NCBI RefSeq assembly: GCF_009914755.1
Contig: NC_060948.1
Source of the DNA: the human T2T-CHM13v2.0 reference genome, Homo sapiens
Strand: one strand, 5' to 3'
DNA: 64,000 nucleotides
Part shown: positions 14,126 through 28,341 of the stretch, piece by piece
Layout of the letters: every line of letters begins with the position of its first letter
How positions within the stretch are numbered: position 1 is the stretch's first letter
Position numbers and translations under genes: made by a program
Notes under the pieces: generated by a model
Database searches by the model: none
What the model was told of the DNA's origin: nothing
What the model saw: the letters and a program-made list of their open reading frames with translations, nothing else

Positions 14126-17100
14126 AGGGAATGAAACTGAATCAACAGGAATGGAAGGGAATAGAATAGACGGTAATGGAATGGACTCGAATAGAATGGA
14201 CACGAATGCTCAAATTGAATGGACTCGAATGGAATGGAAAGGAAAGGAATGTCATCGAATGGAATTGAATCGATTGGAATGAAATCGCATAGAATGGAGT
14301 GGAATCAAATGGAATTGAATCGAAAGGAAAGGAAGCGAATGGACTGAAATGAAATGGAATGGAATTGAATGGAAAGTAATGCAATGGAATAGACTGGAAC
14401 GAAATTTCACGGAATGGAATCAAACTGAATGGAATCAAATCAATGGAATCAAATCAAATGGAATGGAAAGGAATTGAATGGAGTAGATGGGATTGGATGG
14501 GATTGGAATGAAATGTACTGGAAAGGACTCGAATTTCATGAAACGGAATGGAATGAATTGGAACGGAATGGACTCGAATGGAATGGAATGTCATGGAATG
14601 GCATCAAATGGAATGGCATCAAATGGAATGGAATCGAATGCAATGGAATGCTATGGAATGGAATGGAATGCATTGGAATGGAATGTCCTCTAATGGAATG
14701 GATTCGAGTGGAATGGAATCGAATATAATGGAGTCGAATGAAATGGAATTGAAAGGAATGGGATCGAATACAATGGAATATACTGGAATGTAACGTAAGG
14801 AACTCGAATGTAATTGACTGGAATGGAATGTACATGAATGGAATGTAATCGAATGGAAAGTAATCCAATGGAATAGAATCTAATGCAATAAAATCGACTC
14901 AGATAGAGTAGAATGTAATGGAATGGAGTGCAGTGCAATGGAATGGAATGGAATGGAATGCAATGGAATGGAATGGGATGGAATGGTATGGAATGGATAG
15001 TAATGGACTGGAGTGAAATGGACTGGAAAGGAATGGACTCAAATTGAAAGGGCTCGAAAGGAATGGAGACAAATGGAATGGTCTGGAATGGAATGAACAC
15101 GAATGTAATGCAATCCAATAGAATGGAATCGAATGGCATGGAATATAAAGAAATGGAATCGAAGAGAATGGAAACAAATGGAATGGAATTGAATGGAATG
15201 GAATTGAATGGAATGGGAACGAATGGAGTGAAATTGTATGCAGTAGAAGAGAATAGAATGGAATGCAAGCGAAAGGAAAGGAATGGATTGGAATGGAATG
15301 GAATTCATTGGAATGGAAGGGAATGTAGTGTAATGGACAGGCCTGGAATAAAGTGGAATGCTACGGTCTCGAATGGAATAAAAATGTATGGAATGGAATG
15401 CAATGAAACGGAATCGAATGTCATAGAATGTAATGGAATGCAAAAAAATGGAATCCAAAATCATTGACTGGAAAGGCTGGGTGTCGAAAGGAATTGACTC
15501 CAATGGAATGGAATCGAATGGAATGGAAGTGAATAGAATCGAACTAAATCGAATGGAATGGAATTGATAGGAACGGAATGGAAAGGAATGCAATGATTTG
15601 GCATGGAATGGAATCGAATGGCATCGAATGGAATGGAATGGAATGCAATGGAATGGAATGTATTAGAATGTAATGAACTTTAATGGAATGTACTCGAATG
15701 GATTCGACTGGAATGGAATGTTCTGGAAGTGAATGGACTCCAATGGAATGGATTCAAAAGGAATGGAATCGTACGGAATGGAATCTAATGGAATGGAATT
15801 AAATGGAAATGAATCAAATTGAATAGCACAGAATTGAATTGAATGGAATGGAATGCAATGGAATCTAATGAAACGGAAAGGAATGGAATGGAATAGAATG
15901 GGCTGGAATGGAAAGGAATCGAAACGAATGGAATGGAATCGAACTGAAGAGACTGGAATGGAATGCACTGGAATGGAAGGGAGTGTAATGGAAGGTTCTC
16001 GAAAAAAATGGAATCGAATGGAATGGAATTGAATGGAACGGAATAGAGTCGGATGGAATTGAATGGAATGGAATGGACTAGAGTGAAATGGAATCGAACC
16101 ACAAGGAATGGACAGGAATAGAATGGTCTCGAATTGAATGGAATCGTATGGAATGGCATCAAACGGAATGGAATGGACAGCCACGGAATGGAATGCACTC
16201 GAATGCAATGGAGTCGAAACTAATGGACTGGAATAGAATGGACTCGACTGGTACGGACTCCAATGGAATGGAATCGAATGGAAGGGAATCGAACGGAATG
16301 GACTCGAAGGGAAAAGACTGCAATGGAAAGGTCTCGAATGGAATGGAAATTAATGGAATGGAATGGAATCGAATGAAATGGAGTCAAAAGGAATGGAATC
16401 GAATGGCAAGAAATCGAATGTAATGGAATCGCAAGGAATTGATGTGAACGGAACGGAATGGAATGGAATCCAAAGGAATGGAATAGAATGGAATGGAATC
16501 GAATGGAAAGGACTCGAATGGAAATCACTCGAATAGAATGCAATTTAATAAAATAGGATCAAATGTAACAGAATGGAAAGGAAAGGAATCGAAACGGAAG
16601 GAATGGAGACAGTTGGAATGGAATGGAACAGAGAGCAATGGTATAGAATGGAATGGAATCATGTGGAATGGAATTGAATGGAATGGAATGATATGAAATG
16701 GAATGGAATGGAATGGAATGGAATGCCCTTGAATTAAATGGACTGGACTCGAACAGAGTGGAATGGAAAGTGTTGAGATAGAATGGAATGGACTCCTTTG
16801 GAATGGTGTAGTATGCAATGCAATCGACTGGCAGGGAATCAAAAGGAATGTAATCGAATGGATTGGACTGGAATGCAATGGACTCGAATAGATTGGAAAC
16901 GGAATGCAAAGGAATGGAATGGAATAGTATGGAATGCAATGGAAGGGAATGGAGTGGAATAGACTAGAGTGGAATGGAATGGACTGGAAAGCAATGGACT
17001 GGAATGGAACTTTCTTGGATGGACTGGAATCAAACGGAATGGAATGCAATGCAATCAAATGGCATGGAATAAAATAGAATGAAAGAGAATCAAATGGAAT

Positions 17101-17644
17101 TGAATCGAATGGAATCGAATGGATTGGAAAGGAATAGAATGGAATGGAATGGAATTGACTCAAATGGAATGGACTAGAATGGAATGGATTCGAATGGAAG
17201 GCAAAGGAATGGAATCTATTGGAATGGACTGTAATGGAATGGAATGGAAGGGATTGCAATGGACTCGAATGGAATGGACTGCAATAGAAAGGATTCGAAT
17301 GGAATGAAAAAGAATTGAATGGAATAGAACAGAATGGAATCAAATCGAATGAAATGGAATGGAATAGAAAGGAATGGAATGAAATGGAATGGAAAGGATT
17401 CGAATGGAATGCAATCGAATGGAATGGAATCGAACGGAATGGAATAAAATGGAAGAAAACTGGCAAGAAATGGAATCGAAAGGAATGGAGTGTTATGGAA
17501 CGGACTCAAAAGGAATTGAATGTAATAGAATGGAGTGGAGTGGACTCGAATATAATGGACTGGAATGGAATGAAATCACATGGAATGGGAACGAATGGAA
17601 TGGAATGGAAAGGAATGGAATCGAATGGAAAGGAATCGAATGGA
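14126..17644 (+). repeat. Higher-order unit 5 (3519 bp, shortest; mosaic)
   Basis: Landmark spacing. Non-A first part, A-type markers from ~16567. Confidence 0.9.
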
Positions 17645-20600
17645 AGGGAATGAAATTGAATCAACAGGAATGGAAGGGAATAGAATAGACGGTAATGGAA
17701 TGGACTCGAATAGAATGGACACGAATGCTCAAATTGAATGGACTCGAATGGAATGGAAACGAAAGGAATGTCATCGAATGGAATTGAATCGATTGGAATG
17801 AAATCGCATAGAATGGAGTGGAATCAAATGGAATTGAATCGAAAGGAAAGGAAGCGAATGGACTGAAATGAAATGGAATGGAATTGAATGGAAAGTAATG
17901 CGATGGAATAGAATGGAACGAAATTTCACGGAATGGAATCAAACTGAATGGAATCAAATCAATGGAATCAAATCAAATGGAATGGAAAGGAATTGAATGG
18001 AGTAGATGGGATTGGATGTGATTGGAATGAAATGTACTGGAAAGGACTCGAATTTCATGAAACGGAATGGAATGAATTGGAACGGAATGGACTCGAATGG
18101 AATGGAATGTCATGGAATGGCATCAAATGGAATGGCATCAAATGGAATGGAATCGAATGCAATGGAATGCTATGGAATGGAATGGAATGCATTGGAATGG
18201 AATGTCCTCTAATGGAATGGATTCGAGTGGAATGGAATCGAATATAATGGAGTCGAATGAAATGGAATTGAAAGGAATGGGATCGAATACAATGGAATAT
18301 ACTGGAATGTAATGTAATGGACTCGAATGTAATTGACTGGAATGGAATGTACATGAATGGAATGTAATCGAATGGAAAGTAATCCAATGGAATAGAATCT
18401 AATGCAATAAAACCGACTCAGATAGAGTAGAATGTAATGGAATGGAGTGCAGTGCAATGGAATGGAATGGAATGGAATGCAATGGAATGGAATGGAATGG
18501 AATGGAATGGAATGGAATGGGATGGAATGGGATGGAATGGATAGTAATGGACTGGAGTGAAATGGACTGGAAAGGAATGGACTCAAATTGAAAGGGCTCG
18601 AAAGGAATGGAGTCAAATGGAATGGTCTGGAATGGAATGAACACGAATGTAATGCAATCCAATAGAATGGAATCGAATGGCATGGAATGTAAAGAAATGG
18701 AATCGAAGAGAATGGAAACAAATGGAATGGAATTGAATGGAATGGAATTGAATGGAATGGGAACGAATGGAGTGAAATTGTATGCAGTAGAAGGGAATAG
18801 AATGGAATGCAAGCGAAAGGAAAGGAATGGATTGGAATGGAATGGAATTCATTGGAATGGAAGGGAATGTAGTGTAATGGACAGGCCTGGAATAAAGTGG
18901 AATGCTACGGTCTCGAATGGAATAAAAATGTATGGAATGGAATGCAATGAAACGGAATCGAATGTCATAGAATGTAATGGAATGCAAAAAAATGGAATCC
19001 AAAATCATTGACTGGAAAGGCTGGGTGTCGAAAGGAATTGACTCCAATGGAATGGAATCGAATGGAATGGAAGTGAATAGAATCGAACTAAATCGAATGG
19101 AATGGAATTGATAGGAACGGAATGGAAAGGAATGGAATGATTTGGCATGGAATGGAATCGAATGGCATCGAATGGAATGGAATGGAATGCAATGGAATGG
19201 AATGTATTAGAATGTAATGAACTTTAATGGAATGTACTCGAATGGATTCGACTGGAATGGAATGTTCTGGAAGTGAATGGACTCCAATGGAATGGATTCG
19301 AAAGGAATGGAATCGTACGGAATGGAATCTAATGGAATGGAATTAAATGGAAGTGAATCAAATTGAATAGCACGGAATTGAATTGAATGGAATGGAATGC
19401 AATGGAATCTAATGAAACGGAAAGGAAAGGAATGGAATGGAATGGAATGGGCTGGAATGGAAAGGAATCGAAACGAATGGAATGGAATCGAACTGAAGAG
19501 ACTGGAATGGAATGCACTGGAATGGAAGGGAGTGTAATGGAAGGTTCTCGAAAAAAATGGAATCGAATGGAATGGAATTGAATGGAACGGAATAGAGTGG
19601 AATGGAATTGAATGGAATGGAATGGACTAGAGTGAAATGGAATCGAACCACAAGGAATGGACAGGAATAGAATGGTCTCGAATTGAATGGAATCGTATGG
19701 AATGGCATCAAACGGAATGGAATGGACAGCCACGGAATGGAATGCACTCGAATGCAATGGAGTCGAAACTAATGGACTGGAATAGAATGGACTCGACTGG
19801 TACGGACTCCAATGGAATGGAATCGAATGGAAGGGAATCGAACGGAATGGACTCGAAGGGAAAAGACTGCAATGGAAAGGTCTCGAATGGAATGGAAATT
19901 AATGGAATGGAATGGAATCGAATGAAATGGAGTCAAAAGGAATGGAATCGAATGGCAAGAAATCGAATGTAATGGAATCGCAAGGAATTGATGTGAACGG
20001 AACGGAATGGAATGGAATCCAAAGGAATGGAATAGAATGGAATGGAATCGAATGGAAAGGACTCGAATGGAAATCACTCGAATAGAATGCAATTTAATAA
20101 AATAGGATCAAATGTAATGGAATGGAATGGAAAGGAATCGAAACGAAAGGAATGGAGACAGATGGAATGGAATGGAACAGAGAACAATGGTATAGAATGG
20201 AATGGAATCATCTGGAATGGAATTGAATGGAATGGAATAATATGAAATGGAATGGAATGGAATGGAATGGAATGGAATGGAATGCCCTTGAATTAAATGG
20301 ACTGGAATGGAATGGACTCGAACAGAGTGGAATGGAAAGTGTTGAGATAGAATGGAATGGACTCGTTTGGAATGGTGTAGTATGCAATGCAATCGACTGG
20401 CAGGGAATCAAAAGGAATGTAATCGAATGGATTGGACTGGAATGCAATGGACTCGAATAGATTGGAAACGGGATGCAAAGGAATGGAATGGAATAGTATG
20501 GAATGGAATGGAAAGCAATGGAGTGGAATAGACTAGAGTGGAATGGAATGGACTGGAAAGCAATGGACTGGAATGGAACTTTCTTGAATGGACTGGAATC

Positions 20601-21213
20601 AAACGGAATGGAATGCAATGCAATCAAATGGCATGGAATAAAATAGAATGAAAGAGAATCAAATGGAATTGAATCGAATGGAATCGAATGGATTGGAAAG
20701 GAATAGAATGGAATGGAATGGAATTGACTCAAATGGAATGGACTAGAATGGAATGGATTCGAATGGAAGGCAAAGGAATGGAATCTATTGGAATGGACTG
20801 TAATGGAATGGAATGGAAGGGATTGGAATGGACTCGAATGGAATGGACTGCAATAGAAAGGATTCGAATGGAATGAAAAAGAATTGAATGGAATAGAACA
20901 GAATGGAATGAAATCGAATGAAATGGAATGGAATAGAAAGGAATGGAATGAAATGGAATGGAAAGGATTCGAATGGAATGCAATCGAATGGAATGGAATC
21001 GAACGGAATGGAATAAAATGGAAGAAAACTGGCAAGAAATGGAATCGAAATGAATGGAGTGTTATGGAACGGACTCAAAAGGAATTGAATGTAATAGAAT
21101 GGAGTGGAGTGGACTCGAATATAATGGACTGGAATGGAATGAAATCACATGGAATGGGAACGAATGGAATGGAATGGAAAGGAATGGAATCGAATGGAAA
21201 GGAATCGAATGGA
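17645..21213 (+). repeat. Higher-order unit 6 (3569 bp)
   Basis: Landmark spacing. Markers AAACCGACTC, GAGAACAATGG, ACTCGTTT, ACGGGATGC. Confidence 0.9.
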
Positions 21214-24200
21214 AGGGAATGAAATTGAATCAACAGGAATGGAAGGGAATAGAATAGACGGTAATGGAATGGACTCGAATAGAATGGACACGAATGCTCA
21301 AATTGAATGGACTCGAATGGAATGGAAACGAAAGGAATGTCATCGAATGGAATTGAATCGATTGGAATGAAATCGCATAGAATGGAGTGGAATCAAATGG
21401 AATTGAATCGAAAGGAAAGGAAGCGAATGGACTGAAATGAAATGGAATGGAATTGAATGGAAAGTAATGCAATGGAATAGAATGGAACGAAATTTCACGG
21501 AATGGAATCAAACTGAATGGAATCAAATCAATGGAATCTAATCAAATGGAATGGAAAGGAATTGAATGGAGTAGATTGGATTGGATGGGATTGGAATGAA
21601 ATGTACTGGAAAGGACTCGAATTTCATGAAACGGAATGGAATGAATTGGAACGGAATGGACTCGAATGGAATGGAATGTCATGGAATGGCATCAAATGGA
21701 ATGGCATCAAATGGAATGGAATCGAATGCAATGGAATGTTATGGAATGGAATGGAATGCATTGGAATGGAATGTCCTCTAATGGAATGGATTCGAGTGGA
21801 ATGGAATCGAATATAATGGAGTCGAATGAAATGGAATTGAAAGGAATGGGATCGAATACAATGGAATATACTGGAATGTAATGTAATGGACTCGAATGTA
21901 ATTGACTGGAATGGAATGTACATGAATGGAATGTAATCGAATGGAAAGTAATCCAATGGAATAGAATCTAATGCAATAAAACCGACTCAGATAGAGTAGA
22001 ATGTAATGGAATGGAGTGCAGTGCAATGGAATGGAATGGAATGGAATGCAATGGAATGGAATGGAATGGAATGGAATGGAATGGAATGGGATGGAATGGG
22101 ATGGAATGGATAGTAATGGACTGGAGTGAAATGGACTGGAAAGGAATGGACTCAAATTGAAAGGGCTCGAAAGGAATGGAGTCAAATGGAATGGTCTGGA
22201 ATGGAATGAACACGAATGTAATGCAATCCAATAGAATGGAATCGAATGGCATGGAATGTAAAGAAATGGAATCGAAGAGAATGGAAACAAATGGAATGGA
22301 ATTGAATGGAATGGAATTGAATGGAATGGGAACGAATGGAGTGAAATTGTATGCAGTAGAAGGGAATAGAATGGAATGCAAGCGAAAGGAAAGGAATGGA
22401 TTGGAATGGAATGGAATTCATTGGAATGGAAGGGAATGTAGTGTAATGGACAGGCCTGGAATAAAGTGGAATGCTACGGTCTCGAATGGAATAAAAATGT
22501 ATGGAATGGAATGCAATGAAACGGAATCGAATGTCATAGAATGTAATGGAATGCAAAAAAATGGAATCCAAAATCATTGACTGGAAAGGCTGGGTGTCGA
22601 AAGGAATTGACTCCAATGGAATGGAATCGAATGGAATGGAAGTGAATAGAATCGAACTAAATCGAATGGAATGGAATTGATAGGAACGGAATGGAAAGGA
22701 ATGCAATGATTTGGCATGGAATGGAATCGAATGGCATCGAATGGAATGGAATGGAATGCAATGGAATGGAATGTATTAGAATGTAATGAACTTTAATGGA
22801 ATGTACTCGAATGGATTCGACTGGAATGGAATGTTCTGGAAGTGAATGGACTCCAATGGAATGGATTCAAAAGGAATGGAATCGTACGGAATGGAATCTA
22901 ATGGAATGGAATTAAATGGAAGTGAATCAAATTGAATAGCACGGAATTGAATTGAATGGAATGGAATGCAATGGAATCTAATGAAACGGAAAGGAAAGGA
23001 ATGGAATGGAATGGAATGGGCTGGAATGGAAAGGAATCGAAACGAATGGAATGGAATCGAACTGAAGAGACTGGAATGGAATGCACTGGAATGGAAGGGA
23101 GTGTAATGGAAGGTTCTCGAAAAAAATGGAATCGAATGGAATGGAATTGAATGGAACGGAATAGAGTGGAATGGAATTGAATGGAATGGAATGGACTAGA
23201 GTGAAATGGAATCGAACCACAAGGAATGGACAGGAATAGAATGGTCTCGAATTGAATGGAATCGTATGGAATGGCATCAAACGGAATGGAATGGACAGCC
23301 ACGGAATGGAATGCACTCGAATGCAATGGAGTCGAAACTAATGGACTGGAATAGAATGGACTCGACTGGTACGGACTCCAATGGAATGGAATCGAATGGA
23401 AGGGAATCGAACGGAATGGACTCGAAGGGAAAAGACTGCAATGGAAAGGTCTCGAATGGAATGGAAATTAATGGAATGGAATGGAATCGAATGAAATGGA
23501 GTCAAAAGGAATGGAATCGAATGGCAAGAAATCGAATGTAATGGAATCGCAAGGAATTGATGTGAACGGAACGGAATGGAATGGAATCCAAAGGAATGGA
23601 ATAGAATGGAATGGAATCGAATGGAAAGGACTCGAATGGAAATCACTCGAATAGAATGCAATTTAATAAAATAGGATCAAATGTAATGGAATGGAATGGA
23701 AAGGAATCGAAACGAAAGGAATGGAGACAGATGGAATGGAATGGAACAGAGAACAATGGTATAGAATGGAATGGAATCATCTGGAATGGAATTGAATGGA
23801 ATGGAATAATATGAAATGGAATGGAATGGAATGGAATGGAATGGAATGGAATGCCCTTGAATTAAATGGACTGGAATGGAATGGACTCGAACAGAGTGGA
23901 ATGGAAAGTGTTGAGATAGAATGGAATGGACTCGTTTGGAATGGTGTAGTATGCAATGCAATCGACTGGCAGGGAATCAAAAGGAATGTAATCGAATGGA
24001 TTGGACTGGAATGCAATGGACTCGAATAGATTGGAAACGGGATGCAAAGGAATGGAATGGAATAGTATGGAATGGAATGGAAAGGAATGGAGTGGAATAG
24101 ACTAGAGTGGAATGGAATGGACTGGAAAGCAATGGACTGGAATGGAACTTTCTTGAATGGACTGGAATCAAACGGAATGGAATGCAATGCAATCAAATGG

Positions 24201-24782
24201 CATGGAATAAAATAGAATGAAAGAGAATCAAATGGAATTGAATCGAATGGAATCGAATGGATTGGAAAGGAATAGAATGGAATGGAATGGAATTGACTCA
24301 AATGGAATGGACTAGAATGGAATGGATTCGAATGGAAGGCAAAGGAATGGAATCTATTGGAATGGACTGTAATGGAATGGAATGGAAGGGATTGGAATGG
24401 ACTCGAATGGAATGGACTGCAATAGAAAGGATTCGAATGGAATGAAAAAGAATTGAATGGAATAGAACAGAATGGAATCAAATCGAATGAAATGGAATGG
24501 AATAGAAAGGAATGGAATGAAATGGAATGGAAAGGATTCGAATGGAATGCAATCGAATGGAATGGAATCGAACGGAATGGAATAAAATGGAAGAAAACTG
24601 GCAAGAAATGGAATCGAAATGAATGGAGTGTTATGGAACGGACTCAAAAGGAATTGAATGTAATAGAATGGAGTGGAGTGGACTCGAATATAATGGACTG
24701 GAATGGAATGAAATCACATGGAATGGGAACGAATGGAATGGAATGGAAAGGAATGGAATCGAATGGAAAGGAATCGAATGGA
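21214..24782 (+). repeat. Higher-order unit 7 (3569 bp)
   Basis: Landmark spacing. Shares the unit 6 markers. Confidence 0.9.
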
Positions 24783-27700
24783 AGGGAATGAAATTGAATC
24801 AACAGGAATGGAAGGGAATAGAATAGACGGTAATGGAATGGACTCGAATAGAATGGACACGAATGCTCAAATTGAATGGACTCGAATGGAATGGAAACGA
24901 AAGGAATGTCATCGAATGGAATTGAATCGATTGGAATGAAATCGCATAGAATGGAGTGGAATCAAATGGAATAGAATCGAAAGGAAAGGAAGCGAATGGA
25001 CTGAAATGAAATGGAATGGAATTGAATGGAAAGTAATGCAATGGAATAGAATGGAACGAAATTTCACGGAATGGAATCAAACTGAATGGAATCAAATCAA
25101 TGGAATCTAATCAAATGGAATGGAAAGGAATTGAATGGAGTAGATTGGATTGGATGGGATTGGAATGAAATGTACTGGAAAGGACTCGAATTTCATGAAA
25201 CGGAATGGAATGAATTGGAACGGAATGGACTCGAATGGAATGGAATGTCATGGAATGGCATCAAATGGAATGGCATCAAATGGAATGGAATCGAATGCAA
25301 TGGAATGTTATGGAATGGAATGGAATGCATTGGAATGGAATGTCCTCTAATGGAATGGATTCGAGTGGAATGGAATCGAATATAATGGAGTCGAATGAAA
25401 TGGAATTGAAAGGAATGGGATCGAATACAATGGAATATACTGGAATGTAATGTAATGGACTCGAATGTAATTGACTGGAATGGAATGTACATGAATGGAA
25501 TGTAATCGAATGGAAAGTAATCCAATGGAATAGAATCTAATGCAATAAAACCGACTCAGATAGAGTAGAATGTAATGGAATGGAGTGCAGTGCAATGGAA
25601 TGGAATGGAATGGAATGCAATGGAATGGAATGGAATGGAATGGAATGGAATGGAATGGGATGGAATGGGATGGAATGGATAGTAATGGACTGGAGTGAAA
25701 TGGACTGGAAAGGAATGGACTCAAATTGAAAGGGCTCGAAAGGAATGGAGTCAAATGGAATGGTCTGGAATGGAATGAACACGAATGTAATGCAATCCAA
25801 TAGAATGGAATCGAATGGCATGGAATATAAAGAAATGGAATCGAAGAGAATGGAAACAAATGGAATGGAATTGAATGGAATGGAATTGAATGGAATGGGA
25901 ACGAATGGAGTGAAATTGTATGCAGTAGAAGGGAATAGAATGGAATGCAAGCGAAAGGAAAGGAATGGATTGGAATGGAATGGAATTCATTGGAATGGAA
26001 GGGAATGTAGTGTAATGGACAGGCCTGGAATAAAGTGGAATGCTACGGTCTCGAATGGAATAAAAATGTATGGAATGGAATGCAATGAAACGGAATCGAA
26101 TGTCATAGAATGTAATGGAGTGCAAAAAAATGGAATCCAAAATCATTGACTGGAAAGGCTGGGTGTCGAAAGGAATTGACTCCAATGGAATGGAATCGAA
26201 TGGAATGGAAGTGAATAGAATCGAACTAAATCGAATGGAATGGAATTGATAGGAACGGAATGGAAAGGAATGCAATGATTTGGCATGGAATGGAATCGAA
26301 TGGCATCGAATGGAATGGAATGGAATGCAATGGAATGGAATGTATTAGAATGTAATGAACTTTAATGGAATGTACTCGAATGGATTCGACTGGAATGGAA
26401 TGTTCTGGAAGTGAATGGACTCCAATGGAATGGATTCAAAAGGAATGGAATCGTACGGAATGGAATCTAATGGAATGGAATTAAATGGAAGTGAATCAAA
26501 TTGAATAGCACGGAATTGAATTGAATGGAATGGAATGCAATGGAATCTAATGAAACGGAAAGGAAAGGAATGGAATGGAATGGAATGGGCTGGAATGGAA
26601 AGGAATCGAAACGAATGGAATGGAATCGAACTGAAGAGACTGGAATGGAATGCACTGGAATGGAAGGGAGTGTAATGGAAGGTTCTCGAAAAAAATGGAA
26701 TCGAATGGAATGGAATTGAATGGAACGGAATAGAGTCGAATGGAATTGAATGGAATGGAATGGACTAGAGTGAAATGGAATCGAACCACAAGGAATGGAC
26801 AGGAATAGAATGGTCTCGAATTGAATGGAATCGTATGGAATGGCATCAAACGGAATGGAATGGACAGCCACGGAATGGAATGCACTCGAATGCAATGGAG
26901 TCGAAACTAATGGACTGGAATAGAATGGACTCGACTGGTACGGACTCCAATGGAATGGAATCGAATGGAAGGGAATCGAACGGAATGGACTCGAAGGGAA
27001 AAGACTGCAATGGAAAGGTCTCGAATGGAATGGAAATTAATGGAATGGAATGGAATCGAATGAAATGGAGTCAAAAGGAATGGAATCGAATGGCAAGAAA
27101 TCGAATGTAATGGAATCGCAAGGAATTGATGTGAACGGAACGGAATGGAATGGAATCCAAAGGAATGGAATAGAATGGAATGGAATCGAATGGAAAGGAC
27201 TCGAATGGAAATCACTCGAATAGAATGCAATTTAATAAAATAGGATCAAATGTAATGGAATGGAATGGAAAGGAATCGAAACGAAAGGAATGGAGACAGA
27301 TGGAATGGAATGGAACAGAGAGCAATGGTATAGAATGGAATGGAATCATCTGGAATGGAATTGAATGGAATGGAATAATATGAAATGGAATGGAATGGAA
27401 TGGAATGGAATGCCCTTGAATTAAATGGACTGGAATGGAATGGACTCGAACAGAGTGGAATGGAAAGTGTTGAGATAGAATGGAATGGACTCCTTTGGAA
27501 TGGTGTAGTATGCAATGCAATCGACTGGCAGGGAATCAAAAGGAATGTAATCGAATGGATTGGACTGGAATGCAATGGACTCGAATAGATTGGAAACGGA
27601 GTGTAAAGGAATGGAATGGAATAGTATGGAATGGAATGGAAAGGAATGGAGTGGAATAGACTAGAGTGGAATGGAATGGACTGGAAAGCAATGGACTGGA

Positions 27701-28341
27701 ATGGAAGTTTCTTGAATGGACTGGAATCAAACGGAATGGAATGCAATGCAATCAAATGGCATGGAATAAAATAGAATGAAAGAGAATCAAATGGAATTGA
27801 ATCGAATGGAATCGAATGGATTGGAAAGGAATAGAATGGAATGGAATGGAATTGACTCAAATGGAATGGACTAGAATGGAATGGATTCGAATGGAAGGCA
27901 AAGGAATGGAATCTATTGGAATGGACTGTAATGGAATGGAATGGAAGGGATTGGAATGGACTCGAATGGAATGGACTGCAATAGAAAGGATTCGAATGGA
28001 ATGAAAAAGAATTGAATGGAATAGAACAGAATGGAATGAAATCGAATGAAATGGAATGGAATAGAAAGGAATGGAATGAAATGGAATGGAAAGGATTCGA
28101 ATGGAATGCAATCGAATGGAATGGAATCGAACGGAATGGAATAAAATGGAAGAAAACTGGCAAGAAATGGAATCGAAATGAATGGAGTGTTATGGAACGG
28201 ACTCAAAAGGAATTGAATGTAATAGAATGGAGTGGAGTGGACTCGAATATAATGGACTGGAATGGAATGAAATCACATGGAATGGGAACGAATGGAATGG
28301 AATGGAAAGGAATGGAATCGAATGGAAAGGAATCGAATGGA
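24783..28341 (+). repeat. Higher-order unit 8 (3559 bp)
   Basis: Landmark spacing. First part resembles unit 7, later part resembles unit 9. Confidence 0.9.
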
